This document shows, piece after piece, positions 36,201 through 50,546 of a stretch of DNA of 64,000 nt. This stretch comes from Eledone cirrhosa. Lineage: Eukaryota. The notes under the pieces were generated by a model. That model was not told where the DNA came from. It was given only the letters and a program-made list of their open reading frames with translations, and did no database searches. Made by a program: the position numbers and the translations under genes. Every line of letters starts with the position of its first letter. Position 1 is the first letter of the stretch. The stretch spans positions 199,268,001 through 199,332,000 of the forward strand of contig OZ024742.1 in NCBI GenBank assembly GCA_964016885.1. Reading direction: 5' to 3'.

Positions 36201-39200
36201 TAAATCAGTTCTGTATGAGCAAGATAGGGTCACTTGATCTGGCTTGCCTCACAATGGGGCAACTTGTCTAACCCATGCTAGTGCAGAAAAATGGATGTTA
36301 AATGATGATGATGATGATATATATCCCCCCTCCCTCCCTCTCTCTCTGTGTCTCTCTCTCTATACACACACACACACAAATCTTTATATACACACACACT
36401 ATATAACCCCCTCCATCTAACATCTGTGCAGATATGACATGACCTGATCTCACCACTTCCTACCCCACCACCATCACTCTTTAGTTAACTACTCTCATCA
36501 TCACTGTATATCAGCCCCAACTCAATCCATGATGAAATGCACCCAGTCCACTCTGTAAAGTGCTAGTGCTGCTATCACAGTAAACTGCATCCAGTGTGCA
36601 CTGCAAAGTGTGTGGCATTATGAACAGTATTCAGCTGTAGAAGCCATACCAACATGGAATGTTTGAGCAGGATGTGGTCATCTGACCTGTCTAGTCTCAT
36701 TATGACAACCCATTCAACTCATGCCAGTATGGAAAACAGGTGGAGAACAGTGATGAGGTCAATGGTAATGATATACATATTCATCCATGTTTTGTGTCTA
36801 TGCTACAAACTATTGAGAAAAAATAGTTCCCTCCAAGTTCTTAGTCTTGTGTCTGTTAGAAATCATCATCATCAGTTTACATCTGCTTTCCCAGTTGGCA
36901 TGGGTTGGTTGGGTTGTCACAGTCTGAGACCAGAAAGGTCGGAGTGACCTCATCTTGCTTATATGTTCCATATTTGGCAGAGCTTCTGCAGCTGGATGTC
37001 CTTCCTAATGTCAATCATCTCACAGGGTGTACTGGGTGCTTTTAATTGTGACACAAACACTACCACATTACAGAATATACTGAGTGCATTTTATCATGGC
37101 ACCAGTACTGTCACTTTAGTGTCATGGATGCATTTATCATGGCACCATTTATCGTGGCACCAGCATTATTGCTTTACAGAGTGTATTGGGTGCATTTTAT
37201 AATGTCACCAGCACTACCACTTTATAGCAGCAGTTGCCAACCTTTCGGACTTCACGGACCACTAAATTCATAATTTTATGTCCCGTGGACCACTAATATG
37301 AATTTTCTTAAAAAGATAAATACATTTGTAAAATAATTGTTTCTACTTTTGGCACAAGGCCAGCAATTATCTCAGTGCATTACTGGTACTTTATTTTATC
37401 GACCCCCGTAAGGATGAAAGGCAAAGTTAACTTCGGCGGGATTTGAACTTGGACCGTAAAGGGCGTAACTCTATGCTGCAAAGCATGGCGTCTGACCCTC
37501 TACCAATACTGCCAATCCACCAAATACTGATCAGAAAACTTCCATTTTATTAAACAATACTGAAGCATACATGTGTCATATTGTCGATAGATGATATATA
37601 TGTGTAAAATTCTTCCATGGATGTTCTTTACTGAGGAGAAACATCTTTTAGGGGTGTTATAAAATATATTTTAACTGAATATTATTTTTGTTTTATTATT
37701 AATACAACATAAAAATTACAAAATAATGTCCAAATTTTTCTGCGGACCACCAAACTTTTCTCTCAGACCTCTGGTTGGCGACTGCTTTATAGCATTTCCT
37801 GGGTGCATCTTAAGTGTGTAATGGACATACATTTTCCAATTTCAAATTGTTCCAATGTTTCTTAAGTCAACTACATTTTATTTTGTTTTCCAGCTACAAG
37901 TCCGAAGTTTTAGGCAGTGATCCAAGTGTGAACCAACTTGTGCGTATGTTGATAGTGTTTGTGTGCAGCCCAAATTACTTCAACAACCCATACCTAGTTG
38001 CTAAGCTTGTTGAAGTCCTATTTGTGATCAGCCCCAATTTCCAGCCTCGTACTGCTAAACTCAGTGAAATGTTACTTTCTCATCCACTTGCCCTCAACTA
38101 TATGGTTCCTGCTCTGATGCAGTTCTATACTGGTAAGTTTTTTAATGCAACTTCATTTCCTCCTCCCCCTCCTTGTCATCTCCACCATATTTGTCACCAC
38201 CAGCATCATTGTCACCACCACCATCAGTGCCACCATATTTGTTACCACTGTCAACATTTCAAAATTTCAACCCAGCAACAACACCATTGTCTGTGTTGAA
38301 TGTGTGTGTATGTATGTATATATATATGTGTATGTATGTATAAATATATATGTATGTGTATTTATCACACACGCGAAGCGAACAAATTTCAAAATTTCAA
38401 CCCAGCGACAACAACAGCAGCAGCAACAGAAACAACACCATTGTCTGCAGCAGCAGCATCAGTGAAATGAATGGCAGCAGCAACAACCACCAACACCATC
38501 ACTGACACCATCCACCACCACCACCATCACTGGTACCATCCACCACCATCACCATCACTGACACCATTCACCACCTTCACTACCACCACCATCACCATCA
38601 CTGACACCATCCACCACCTTCATCACCACCACTACCACCACCATCACTGGCACATCCACCATCACTGACACCATCATCCACCACCTTCACCACTACCACC
38701 ACCATCACTGACACCATCATCCACCACCTTCACCACTACCACCACCATCACTGGCACCATCCACCACCACCATCACTGACACCATCCACCACCACCACCA
38801 CCACCACCTTCACCATCACTGACACCATCCACCACCATCACCAACAATCAGGCCTTAAAAACAACTATAATAATAATACTAAATAACTATTCTGTTCTTG
38901 GCACGGGGCAGCGATTGTCCCAGCGCATTGCTGGAATAGTCAACAGTTGACATGATTTTGATTTTGTATCAGTACTGACGGTAATATATATGTGTGGTGT
39001 GTGTGTTTGTATGCATGAGTGTTGGTGTGTGAGTGGCGTGTGTTTGTAGTTTGTATGCATGAATGTTGGTGTGTGCCGTGAGTGTCAATCAGTGGGTTTT
39101 TTTTTTTTATGACCATGCTGTAAAATGGAGGGGTAGAGAGGGCCCTTGAGTCTAGTAAGACATCCTCTCTAGTTCTGGTGGCACAAATAAAAGCACCCAG

Positions 39201-42200
39201 TCCATGCTGTAAAGTGGCGCTGGTGTTAGGAAGGGCATCCAACCAGTGTATCCATGCCAAAACGATTATTAGCACACCAACAAGTAGATAGGAACAACAA
39301 AATATGAAGACGTTGCATCTCAGAGTTGCAATACTTAATGTTGGCACTCTCACAGGTAGATCTGCTGAAATAGCGGAGATGCTGGAGAGAAGGCATGTGG
39401 ATGTGTGCTGCGTGCAAGAGGTGAGACAGAGAAGTGCCTCTGCGAGACTGGTTGTAGGCAAACGTCTTAGCTATAAGCTATTCTGGGTAGGTAAGGATGA
39501 TGGGTTAGGGGGAGTAGGCATTTTCCTGGCTGAGAGATGGATAAATAAGACAATAGAGGTAGTTCGAGTTAGTAATCGAATAATTAAGCTTAGATTAGTT
39601 GTAGGCAGGAGACTACTGACAATCATCTCGGCCTATGCTCCCCAAGCAGGCCTAGGCAAAGAAGAGAAAGATTGCTTTTATGAGCAACTTTTACAAACAA
39701 CCGCAATGACAGGACGGAGACATCGTTATGCTAGCAGGGGACTTCAGTGGTCATGTTGGACAGCTCCAGGATAGTTACACTGGGGTACATGGTGGGCACG
39801 GTTACGGCTCAAGAAATGGAGTGAGACTTCTTGAATTTTGTGATGCAAGTACACTGACTATTTGCAACACTAACTTCCAGAAACCTGCCAACCACCTAAT
39901 ATCCTACAAATCTGGCGAGCACATAAGCCAGATTGACTTTTTACTAGTTAGGCAGGGGGACAGGCAGATAGTGTCTAATACCAAGGCATACCCTGGGGAA
40001 GAATGTACCCCACAGCATAGGTTAGTTGTTAGTGATATCTCAGTAAGCAAGAGATGGAATGAGACATACAGGAAGGTGTGGTGAAGAAAGGTCTGGAAGC
40101 TAAAAGACCTTTCACTAAAATACAAATTTAGGAAAGCCCTTCAAGATGTGTATGACGAAATAGAAGACGATTTAGAGACGTATGACATAGATAATAACTG
40201 GAATTTCTTACGTGACAACTTACTGCAGGCTACTGATGAAACTTGTGGCTGGAGCAAAGCTCCAACCAGACAGAGAGTGACCTGGTGATGGAACAGCATA
40301 GTAGATAAGGCCATTAGAGACAGAAGACTAGCATGGAAGGCTTGGAAAAAGGGTGGGAGTAGAGAAGGATATACAGCCGCTAAGAGAGAAGCTAGACGTC
40401 AGGTGTACTTAGCACGCAGGGAGGCTGAAAATAGGAAGTTTGCCAATGTTCTGCAACGAGAAGATCAGAGGCATGCGGTGTTCCACATTGCAAGGCAGTG
40501 TGTTAATGCAAATCAGGATGTTGTTGGAGATAAATGTGTCCGAAATGATTCCGGTGTACTTAGTGTCACGAATGATCAGAAAAAGGAGACCTGGAAATGT
40601 CATTATGAGAGACTGATGAATGTGGAGAACGAATGGGAGAGAGAGAAATTACTCTCAGTAGATCCGACAGAGAGACCAGCTATTGAGATTGATGAATATA
40701 GAGTCCAAGAGGCGATTAAGGAAATGAAAAATCATAAGGCTGCTGGACCATTGGGGATAGTTGCTGAGATGCTGAAGGCATCAGGGGACGTAGGCACTAA
40801 ACTGGTTGCACGCATCATCAATCAGGCTATTTATGGTGGTGTCATACCCAAAGACTGGTGCAGCAGTATTCTCATAAATTGCTACAAAAGTAAAGGGGAT
40901 GCTCTGGAGAGGAGCAATTATAGGGGTATAAAACTGATGGATCAGGTTATGAAAGTGGCAGAAAGGATATTAGCACAACTAATTAGAGAAAGGGTCAAAC
41001 TAGTTGAGATGCAGTTGGTTTTGTGCCTGGGAAGAGTACAACAGATGCCCTCTTCTTGGTGAGACAATTACAAGAGAGGTTCTTAGAGAAGAATAAGCCA
41101 CTATACTTAGCCTTTGTTGACCTAGAGAAGGCCTTTGATAGGGTACCCTGATCTTCATCTGGTGGTCCCTAAGGAAACTAGGTGTTGAGGAATGGCTTGT
41201 GAGGACAGTGCAAACTTTGTACAGAGGTGCTGTCAGTAAAGTCAGGGTAGGAATGGAGTTTAGTGAGGAATTCCAGATACAAGTAGGAGTACATCAAGGT
41301 TCGGTCCTCAGCCCGCTCTTGTTCATTATAGTCCTCCAAGCCATAACAGAGGAGTTTAAGACTGGCTGTCCATGGGAACTTCTCTATGCTGACGATCTGG
41401 TTCTTATAGCAGAATCAGTAGAGGAGCTAGAGAATAAATCCTGGCTATAGAAACAGCAGAGTTGGAAACAGTAGAAGTCGAATTGATAGACACATTTTTC
41501 AAAGGCGGGTGCTATAGAAGTGGTGGATAGCTTCCGGTACCTAGGAGATCAGATTAGCATGGGAGGGGGGTGTTCCGAGGCCATCGTATCTAGAATAAGG
41601 ACGGGTTGGAAGAAGGTTAGGGAGCTGCTTCCTCTGCTGACGAAGAAGGGTTTCTCCCTGTGTATGAAAGGCCGGGTTATATGATGCCTGTGTGAGGAGC
41701 GCGATGCTGTATCGTAGTGAGACATGGGCAGCAACTGCAGAGGATATGCAACGGCTGGAGAGAAAAGAGGCAAGCATGCTCCGTTGGATGTGCAATGTCA
41801 ATGTGCGTGAACGACCCAGCATGAATGTGTTGAGAGAGAAACTGTCTGAGAGGGATAGAATGTAGTGTGCGAGAGAGGAGACTGAGGTGGTATGGACATG
41901 TGATGCACATGGAGGATGACCGATGGGTGAAGAAGTGCCAGGAAATGCCAGTTGAAGGAAGACGTGGTAGAGGTAGACCACGAAAAACATGGGCGGAGGT
42001 GGTGAGAACAGACCTCAGATCACTGAAGCTCACGGTGGAGATGACAAAGGACCATGACAAGTGGAGAGATGCTGTGCTAAATAAGACCCATCCCACCCTT
42101 GCAAGCAGGGAAAAGCGGACGTAAAATGATGATGATGATGATGTCACCATCTCCACCACCGACTTCACCATCTCCACCACCATCATCATTGCATGTATTT

Positions 42201-45200
42201 TTTCCATGCTAGCATGTGTTTCACGTGTCCTCTCTAGTACAGTATTCTTCCACTTTCTTCTTTCCTGGGTTATTTCCTTTGTGAGGTTCAGTTTCTTGAG
42301 ATCAGTTCGCACCACCCCTGCCTAGGTTTTCTTCTTTTGTAACTTTCTACTTGGAACTCGTGTTCTATGAAACAAAGCTATCTATTTTAAAACCCTATTT
42401 TGATATGAGACCCAAGTTGTTACAATTACTGTGTTGATAATGAAATAGGTAATGATTTTAGTAAATCTCTCAAATCTTTATTAATTAATTCAAATACAGT
42501 ATATTTCATAAGAAATATGGTAATGAAAGGGTTAAAATGTTGACTGCTTTAGATGTCTGTCTTGTCATTGTGTGTCTGTGTGGTGCAGCATTGTGATACA
42601 GTGGGAGCATGCTGGGCTTATAACCCAGAAGACTTTAGATTGAAACAACACCTTTGCTAAACAACTTAATTTTTTGAAAACGTGGCTTAGAAGTTTAGGT
42701 GTTTAACTTATGATCATGCGGTCATGTGTTTGATTCCTGGACCAAACAGCACATTGTGTTCTTGAGCAAGATGATTCATTTCATGTTGCTTTTCATGATA
42801 TGAGTGGGACACCTATCATTTAAAATACCCAAGAAACCTATAAGATACAACCTCATAGGAGGTCAACTAAACCTGCATAAGTGTGAGTTGTAGCAACAAC
42901 AACATACACACATAGCTGCATACATACATACATATATGTACTTATATGCATGATAGGAGTGGGACTCCTATCATTAAAACACCTGATAAACCTTTTATGA
43001 AATACAATCTTGTAGGAGCAGCTAAACTTGCATAGGTGTGAGCTGTAACAACAACGACATACACATTGGTACATGCATGAGAGGCCTGGAATTCTATTAT
43101 TAAAACATGCAAGAAACCTCTTAAGAGATACAAATTTTTAAGGGAGCCAACTAAAGTTGCATAGGTATGAGCTGTAACAACAAATCACAACAATATCTCT
43201 GCATAGATACAAACATATATGCATGATAAGACTGGGATCCCTATCATTAATTACATGAGAAACTTCCTATGAGATACATCTTGAAGGTGGCCAACTAAAC
43301 CTACATAGGTGTGAGCTGTAAATTTCATTTCTCTTCACCCCGTGTCTTGTGTAATGGTAAATCTTATTCTTCTGTTGTTTCATTCCTCCAGATATTGAAA
43401 CTACTGGCGCTAGCAGTGAATTCTATGATAAATTCACGATACGTTACCATATTAGTATTATTTTTAAAACCATGTGGATGATTCCATCTCACCAGAAGAA
43501 AATAATAGAAGAAGCTCAGTGAGTATTCATTTTACTATTCAGATTTTACTAACTACTGTGTGTTGGATTATGCTACTTATTGAGTTTTAGAGTTATCATC
43601 ATCATCATCATCATGTAACATCTGTTTTCCTTGCTAGCAAGGGTTGGATGGGTCATCACAGACCAAATCAACACTTAATCAGAATTACTGACCTCTCAAG
43701 CAAGCTGCAGGGAAGGGGAGACTGCCATTCACTTACATACATTACCACACTTTACAGAATTCACTGAGTGCTATATATTGTGACACACTAGGGAAGCTGT
43801 CATCTCTCTCCATGCCTTCAGTGTTGTCCAATGGAACAGCAAGAACTAATGTATCTTGTCACCGGTGTCATCACAAGCAAATTTAGAATGCAAAGGTGTG
43901 AGAGGCTGCATGGCATCTCATCAGGCATTCTAACTATGTCATCAATTCACCACTCTGGACTGCTACTTTTATCAACTCCTGAAAAGATGAAAGGCAAAGT
44001 TGACCATGACGGGATTTGAACTCAGGGTGCAGAAAGCTGGAACAAATGCCCAAGGCTCTAATATTCTCTACTATATTTGAATCTTGTTAAGTTGTAAACG
44101 AAATGCCTGTAGAATCAAAGTATTTAAAAGAAAAATGAGATATTTAAAAAATTTATTTTATAACTTTTTATGAATTTTGGGTAATAAATGAAAGAATACA
44201 ATCGCAAATACAAGCGGCCAAAATGGGTTCCTCTGAAAGGCTCTTTGGAGTAATGTTTCTTGGTAGTGTGTAGCTTGGAAATCAGAGAGTCGCTCCAGGT
44301 AGAGCCACTACTTCTTCAGAAAGATTTCAGCTCTGATACTATGTGCATATGGTTAGAATGTCTTAGGAAAGAATCGCTGGAAAGATTTTACAGGCAAAAC
44401 CAACTGGTAGGAGACCCAGAGGTAGACCCCAAGCAAGATTCATAAGCTCTGTTGTCTCGATGGTTGCTTCTGAAAGGACCTATTTGAATGAGTGCCCTAC
44501 GACCCTCTCAGAAATAAGTGGGCGAAGAACAACAACTTTTAAAAATAATTGTTTCTACTTTAGGCACAAGGCCAGCAAAATACCCAGTGTATTACTGGTA
44601 CTTTATTTTATCGACCCTGTAAGGATGAAAGGCAAAGTTAACCCCGGCGGGATTTGAACTCAGAATAGCAAGGGCCGTAACTCTATGCGTCAAAGCATGG
44701 CGTCCGACTCTCTACCAATACTGTCAATCCACCGCCAATCATCCACCAACAACTTTTAAAAATAATACTGCTTGTTAGCCACTTGAAATTTTAAAGTAAT
44801 CATTATCTTTTTTATCTCTACTTTTCCATAGTGGTATGTGTTGGATTAAACATTTTTTTTGTGGCAGCATTGTATGGCCAGATGCCTTTCTTGATGTAAT
44901 CCCTTATTTTTATGTGTGTTACTTATTCCACCAACCTTCACATGCTCAACCGTTAAACTGTGGGAGATATTGTTTATGCAGGGCATAAACAACAAATGCC
45001 ACTGGCTTCCCAAGTAGAAGAGTAAAATAAATCCCATGAATTGGTTATCTGTAATGTTGTGTTCATTGAGGTACTAATTCATTCATAGTTGACTGGTTTC
45101 TCACTAATAAATATCAATAAACTCTTAACATCCTGTGCCATATGAAACCACATTAGCAAGATATTCTCAAATGGTACAAAACAGCACTATGACTGCCTTC

Positions 45201-48200
45201 ACATTAAAGATTAAAGATTTTACTCTAATACTGCAAATTTTAACAATGATGTCTCCACTAGTAAAGATACTATAAACATTTGAATTAACAGACCTCATTA
45301 GTAAGACTTTCTTGAAAAGTTAAAAACAGCAATATGACTGGATCACATTGAAAATGAAAGATTTTACTCTAATATTGCAAATATTTACAACAATCTGTCC
45401 ACTAGTAAATATACTATAATCATTTGAAGTAACAAACCCCTTTTTAGCTATTTTTTCCTACATCATTACGGGATGTTAAGGGTTTAACTTATGCAATTAC
45501 ATTCTTCTTCCTGCATTTGTCACTAAACAGGAATGGCAAGAGGTTTGTGAAGTTTTTCAATATGTTGACGAGGTTTTCATTATTACCAAACCTCCTGAAA
45601 CTGACCCTGGTTCTATGATACTAAGTTGTTTATTTTAAAGTATTTATCATCCTCATTGTTTTTGTGTTGAATTTTCCATGCTGGGATGGGTTGAACTGGA
45701 CTTTTTGGAGCAATGTTATTATAGTTGGATGCTCTTTCTGACCCAACCCTTTCAGTCACTTAAAACACACAAGGATACAGAATATCTATTCTAAACTGGA
45801 TGCACAAACCTATATTTATTTTAAAACTTTCTGTCATAATATGTAAAACATTGTTATATTTGGAGGATCATGTTCTAATATTGCCGGAAAAATATAGTAA
45901 AACACACTCTGTTTGGTTTAGTTTGGTTTGGTTTTCGCGTTAGTATATCTTTATATTTCTATAAATAATTTAGTTGGTAATCAATGTTTATCATTGATAT
46001 ATAAGAATTTAATTGTTGTGTTCATTGAGGTACTAATTCATTCATAGTTGACTGGTTTCTAACTAATAAATATTAACTCTTAACATCTTGTGCCACATGA
46101 AACCACTTTAGCAAGACTTTCTCAAATGGTACAAATCTTCACATGTTTTATGTGATACTGTCACAAACTAATGTTTATCATTGATATGTAAGAATTTTTG
46201 CTAAATTAAGCTCCACACACCAGCATAATAATGAGAAAGTTAGTTATATTACTAAATCCTTCCAAACTCATTATTTTCAAAATTATTTGAAATTAATAGG
46301 CAGTCTTTCATTAGAAGTATGGTAATAGAAGGACTAAAATGTTTATATTTATCTAAAAACTTAATATTATGTAAGAACCTTTATGTTCTGCACACCAGCT
46401 TAATAATGAGAAAATTAGTTATATTACTAAATCCTTGAAAATTTTGATTATTTTCAAAATTATTTGAAACACATAAGTAGTGTCTTTGATAAGAAATATA
46501 CTAACGAAAAAGTTAACCTACTAATACATATTTAGTTGACTGGTTTCCTATTAATAAATACAATTTATGTCGTTTTATTTTTCTGTGTTTATCACTGAAC
46601 AGGAAAGGCAAGCAGTTTGTGAAGTTTGTCAATATGTTGATGAATGATACAACATTCCTACTCGATGAAAGTTTGGACTGTTTGAAACGGATCCACGAGA
46701 TGCAAGAATTCCAGGATAATGAAGTAGAATGGGATGCTTTGTCACGGGTATGTACTATCATCATGCCACTGCTGTTGCTGCTTTCCCTCTCCTCCTCCTC
46801 CTCTTCTTCCTCCTTTCTCTTCCATCTTTGATTTGCCCCTCTTCTAGCTATCCCTCTGCCGTCACCTCCCACACTTCCCCTCTACCTTCATCTCTCTGCA
46901 CCCTCTTCACCTCTTTTACCCCTGCCCCTCCTCTTCATCATTATTGCTATTGTCATGATCATCTATTTTCTCTTTCTCATCTCCATCTTCATCACTGCTA
47001 CCACCATTGAGATCAGTTTTCAGCATATCTCTACCACAGCATCCCACCATTTGGAACAGTTGGTGGTACTTCACCCAACAACCATCATCCATGTCCAATA
47101 TATCTACATACCAGTGCAATCTTCTCTTTTGCACACATCTCATTCCTCTTATACCTACTTTTTTCTGTCCTACACACAACATATAATTCCTCATATCCAT
47201 AGTTTCTCTTTCTTTCTCTAGCATACATCTACTTCCTCATATACACTGTTTCTCTCTCCTACCTCCCCATTTCGCCTGTTTCTCTTAGTCTCTCTGGTAT
47301 ACACAATCTAATTCCTTGTATACCCATTTTTCTTTCTTATAACATCTTATTCCTATTATACCCAGTTTTTTTCTTCTCCATATAACCTGATTACTTTTAT
47401 ACCCAGTTTTTCTCTCAATTCATCTTGTTAATTAGACAATTCATATATTAACATATCTCTGGAAAAAAAAGCCGAAAAAAAAAAAGTCTTTCTTTATTTG
47501 AATGCATTGTTAAATGACATATTTTCCAGGAGGAGCAAAATTCTCGCCAGAGGCAACTTTCTATGGATGAACGCCAGTGCAAGTCCTACCTCACCCTAGC
47601 AACAGAAACTGTGGAAATGTTTCATTATCTAACTGAACAAATCATTGGACCATTTCTCATGCCTGTATGTAGTAGTTCTTTTATATCTCTTCAGTATTTT
47701 TTTAAAGAAATATCTATATTACCATTATGGTAATCATTATTTTACACCTAGTACTCAGTGTATATTAGCAGATTTAACCCTTTAGCATTTAAACCAGCTG
47801 TATCCGACCAGATTTCTCTCACTTCTTTCTGTTGAAACCGGCTGTAACTGGCCACTCATACTGATGTTAAGGTATTGTTCTCAAAATAAATATCAACATC
47901 TCATAGATTCGATATTATGTGAGATAATTATGTGAGATAAAGCCTTTACCCTGAAAATACAATAGTAAATATAGAGTAATGTAAATGCTAAAGGGTTAAG
48001 GTAATTTTAATGTAGATATAACTAAAGTTTTTGGTTTAGAAACTGTTGTGAAAAGAATGAAATATAAAGACATTCAACTATTCCTCTGTACACAGAAAAG
48101 CATGTACAAAGAATTAATGGAAATTGTGTTTCTTCAATCTTTTCACAGCAAAGGTTTCTAATAAAAAAATCTATAATTATATCTTTCATGATCGTATTTC

Positions 48201-49704
48201 TGATCAATAATTTTGAAAATAATCAAGGATTATTTTATGGCTGGATGCCATTCCTAACACCACATTTTATTTCTATTAAAATAGGAATTAGCAGACAGAC
48301 TGGCTGCTATGTTGAACTTCAACCTACAACAATTGTGTGGCTCAAAATGTAAAAACCTGAAAGTGAAAAACCCTGATAAGTATGGTTGGGAACCTAAGAA
48401 ATTACTGGATAGACTCACTGATATTTATCTTCACTTAGATTCAAGTGATGACTTTGCAGCAGCTATTGCTAATGATGAAGTAAGTTAGTTGTTTTTGCTT
48501 GCTTGTATGTATGTATACATCATCATCGTTTTACGTCCATTGTTCCACGCTAGCATGGGTTAGACGAGTCGTCCTGTTGTGAGCAATGCCAGGTCAGGTG
48601 ACCATGTCTTGCTCATACAGAACTGATTTTGGCTTGATTTCTACAGCTTGATGCCCTTCATATCACCAACCTCATTTACAGTGAGTACTTGGTGCTTTTT
48701 CTTACTGTGGCACCTACACGATCACTTTACAGTGTGGACTGAGTGCTTTTTTGCTGTGACACCTCCACGACTACTTTGCAGTGGGAGGGGATGGGAGTAT
48801 ATTGTCTAAATGCTTCAGCTTCAGCTTGTACCCGTGTAACGCCAGAGGTCTTAGTCCTGTGTCATCGCCTTTGAGTGGTGCAATTGTGCAAGGTCAGCTT
48901 TTATCACCTCATCCTAAGTTCCTACTTCATAGCTTCCATCAATTTTGATCGCTCTGCACCTTTTTAAACAGCTGTCATCCTTCATACACAATCTCCGCTC
49001 CTGCACACTGCATCTGATTCCTCTTATGACTCTGATTCCTCTCTGTTCATTTATGCTTTGCCATTCAACTGTGTATGTAAGGTATTTATATTTAATTTCA
49101 TGCATATTTCTGTTGTAGCGTTCCTATCGTAAAATATTATTCGATGATGCCATATCTAGAATACAGAGAGCTCGTATCAAAACTGATCGTGATATTGAGC
49201 AGTTTCGCAAACTACAGGAAAAAGTCGAGGCCATTGTTGTACAGAAGCAAAGAGCAGAGATTGATTTTGGAGAAATACCAGATGAATTTAAAGGTGACAC
49301 ACACACACTTTTTCTGTCTGTCTGAATTTTTCTTTCTCTCTCACATTTTTCCCTGTCTCACTGTCTCTCTCTCTCTCACTGTCTTACTCTCTATTTCTCA
49401 CTGTCTTTCTCTCTCTCACTGTTTTTCTAATTCTCTCTCTCTCTGGTTACTCCTCACTTACCTTAATCCCTTGCTCTACCTCAAGAAAGTTTTGTTGTCA
49501 TTAATTTTTGTTTTGAATATTTCAACTTGCAGTATTACATGTATTGTGATTATGCAGTCCTATCCATAGCTGTGTGAAACTGAGATGATATCTGCTGATG
49601 GGTAGCTAATCATAGGAAGTTCCTTGTTTCCTTGTCCATGGTTTCTGTACTCTTTTACTCTTTTATCTGATTCAGCCATCCGGCTGAGGCCATGCTGGGG
49701 CGTA

Positions 49705-49780
<76 letters not shown>

Positions 49781-49787
49781 CACACTC

Positions 49788-49822
<35 letters not shown>

Positions 49823-50510
49823 CACACACACTATCATAATTATCATCATCTAAAGTTTGTTCCATGCTAACATGAGTTAGGCTGTCATGTTATGAGGCTT
49901 GACACATCAGGAGAGCACATTTTGCTCATACGTTCCATTTTTGACTTGGCTTTTTACAGCTCAATGCTTTTTTTTAATGCCAATCACTTCACAGCATGTA
50001 CAAAGACCTTTATTTTTATGGTACCATCACTACCACCTTACAGAGTGTGCAGGATGCTTTTTGTCATGACACCTGTATGATGACCTAACAAAGGGGGCTG
50101 GATCCTTTTTGTTGTGAACCAGCACTACCATAGCCCAGGGTGGACTGGATGTGTTTTCGCATGTCACCAGGGTTACCTCACTACAACATTTGGGTGCTTG
50201 TATCCTTGGCTTGGCTGGAGAGGCAGTGACGAGAGTTAGATGAGTGAGCAAGCATCAAGCAAAATGTTTGGTAAGGGAGGGCAGGGGAACCATCCCACAG
50301 TGGTGTGTCATGAGGGTGACTTTGAAGAGAGAGAGAGTTGTACTTAGTAGTATACTGTGGAGCATTATAGTTTTCCATGCATACATGGGTTGGTTAGGAA
50401 AGGTGTATCAGGAATGTGGCAAGGGCTTGGGGGAGCACATCATCATTATTGTTATATATATTACTCTTTTATGTACTCCAGTTGACTGGCTGAGGCCATG
50501 CTGGAGCACT

Positions 50511-50546
<36 letters not shown>

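Noticed and set aside
38145-38668. His/Thr/Gln-rich ORFs after exon 37894-38132
   Set aside because: CAC/CAG simple repeats in the intron; a strong donor at 38133 and phase continuity with exon 43392 exclude them
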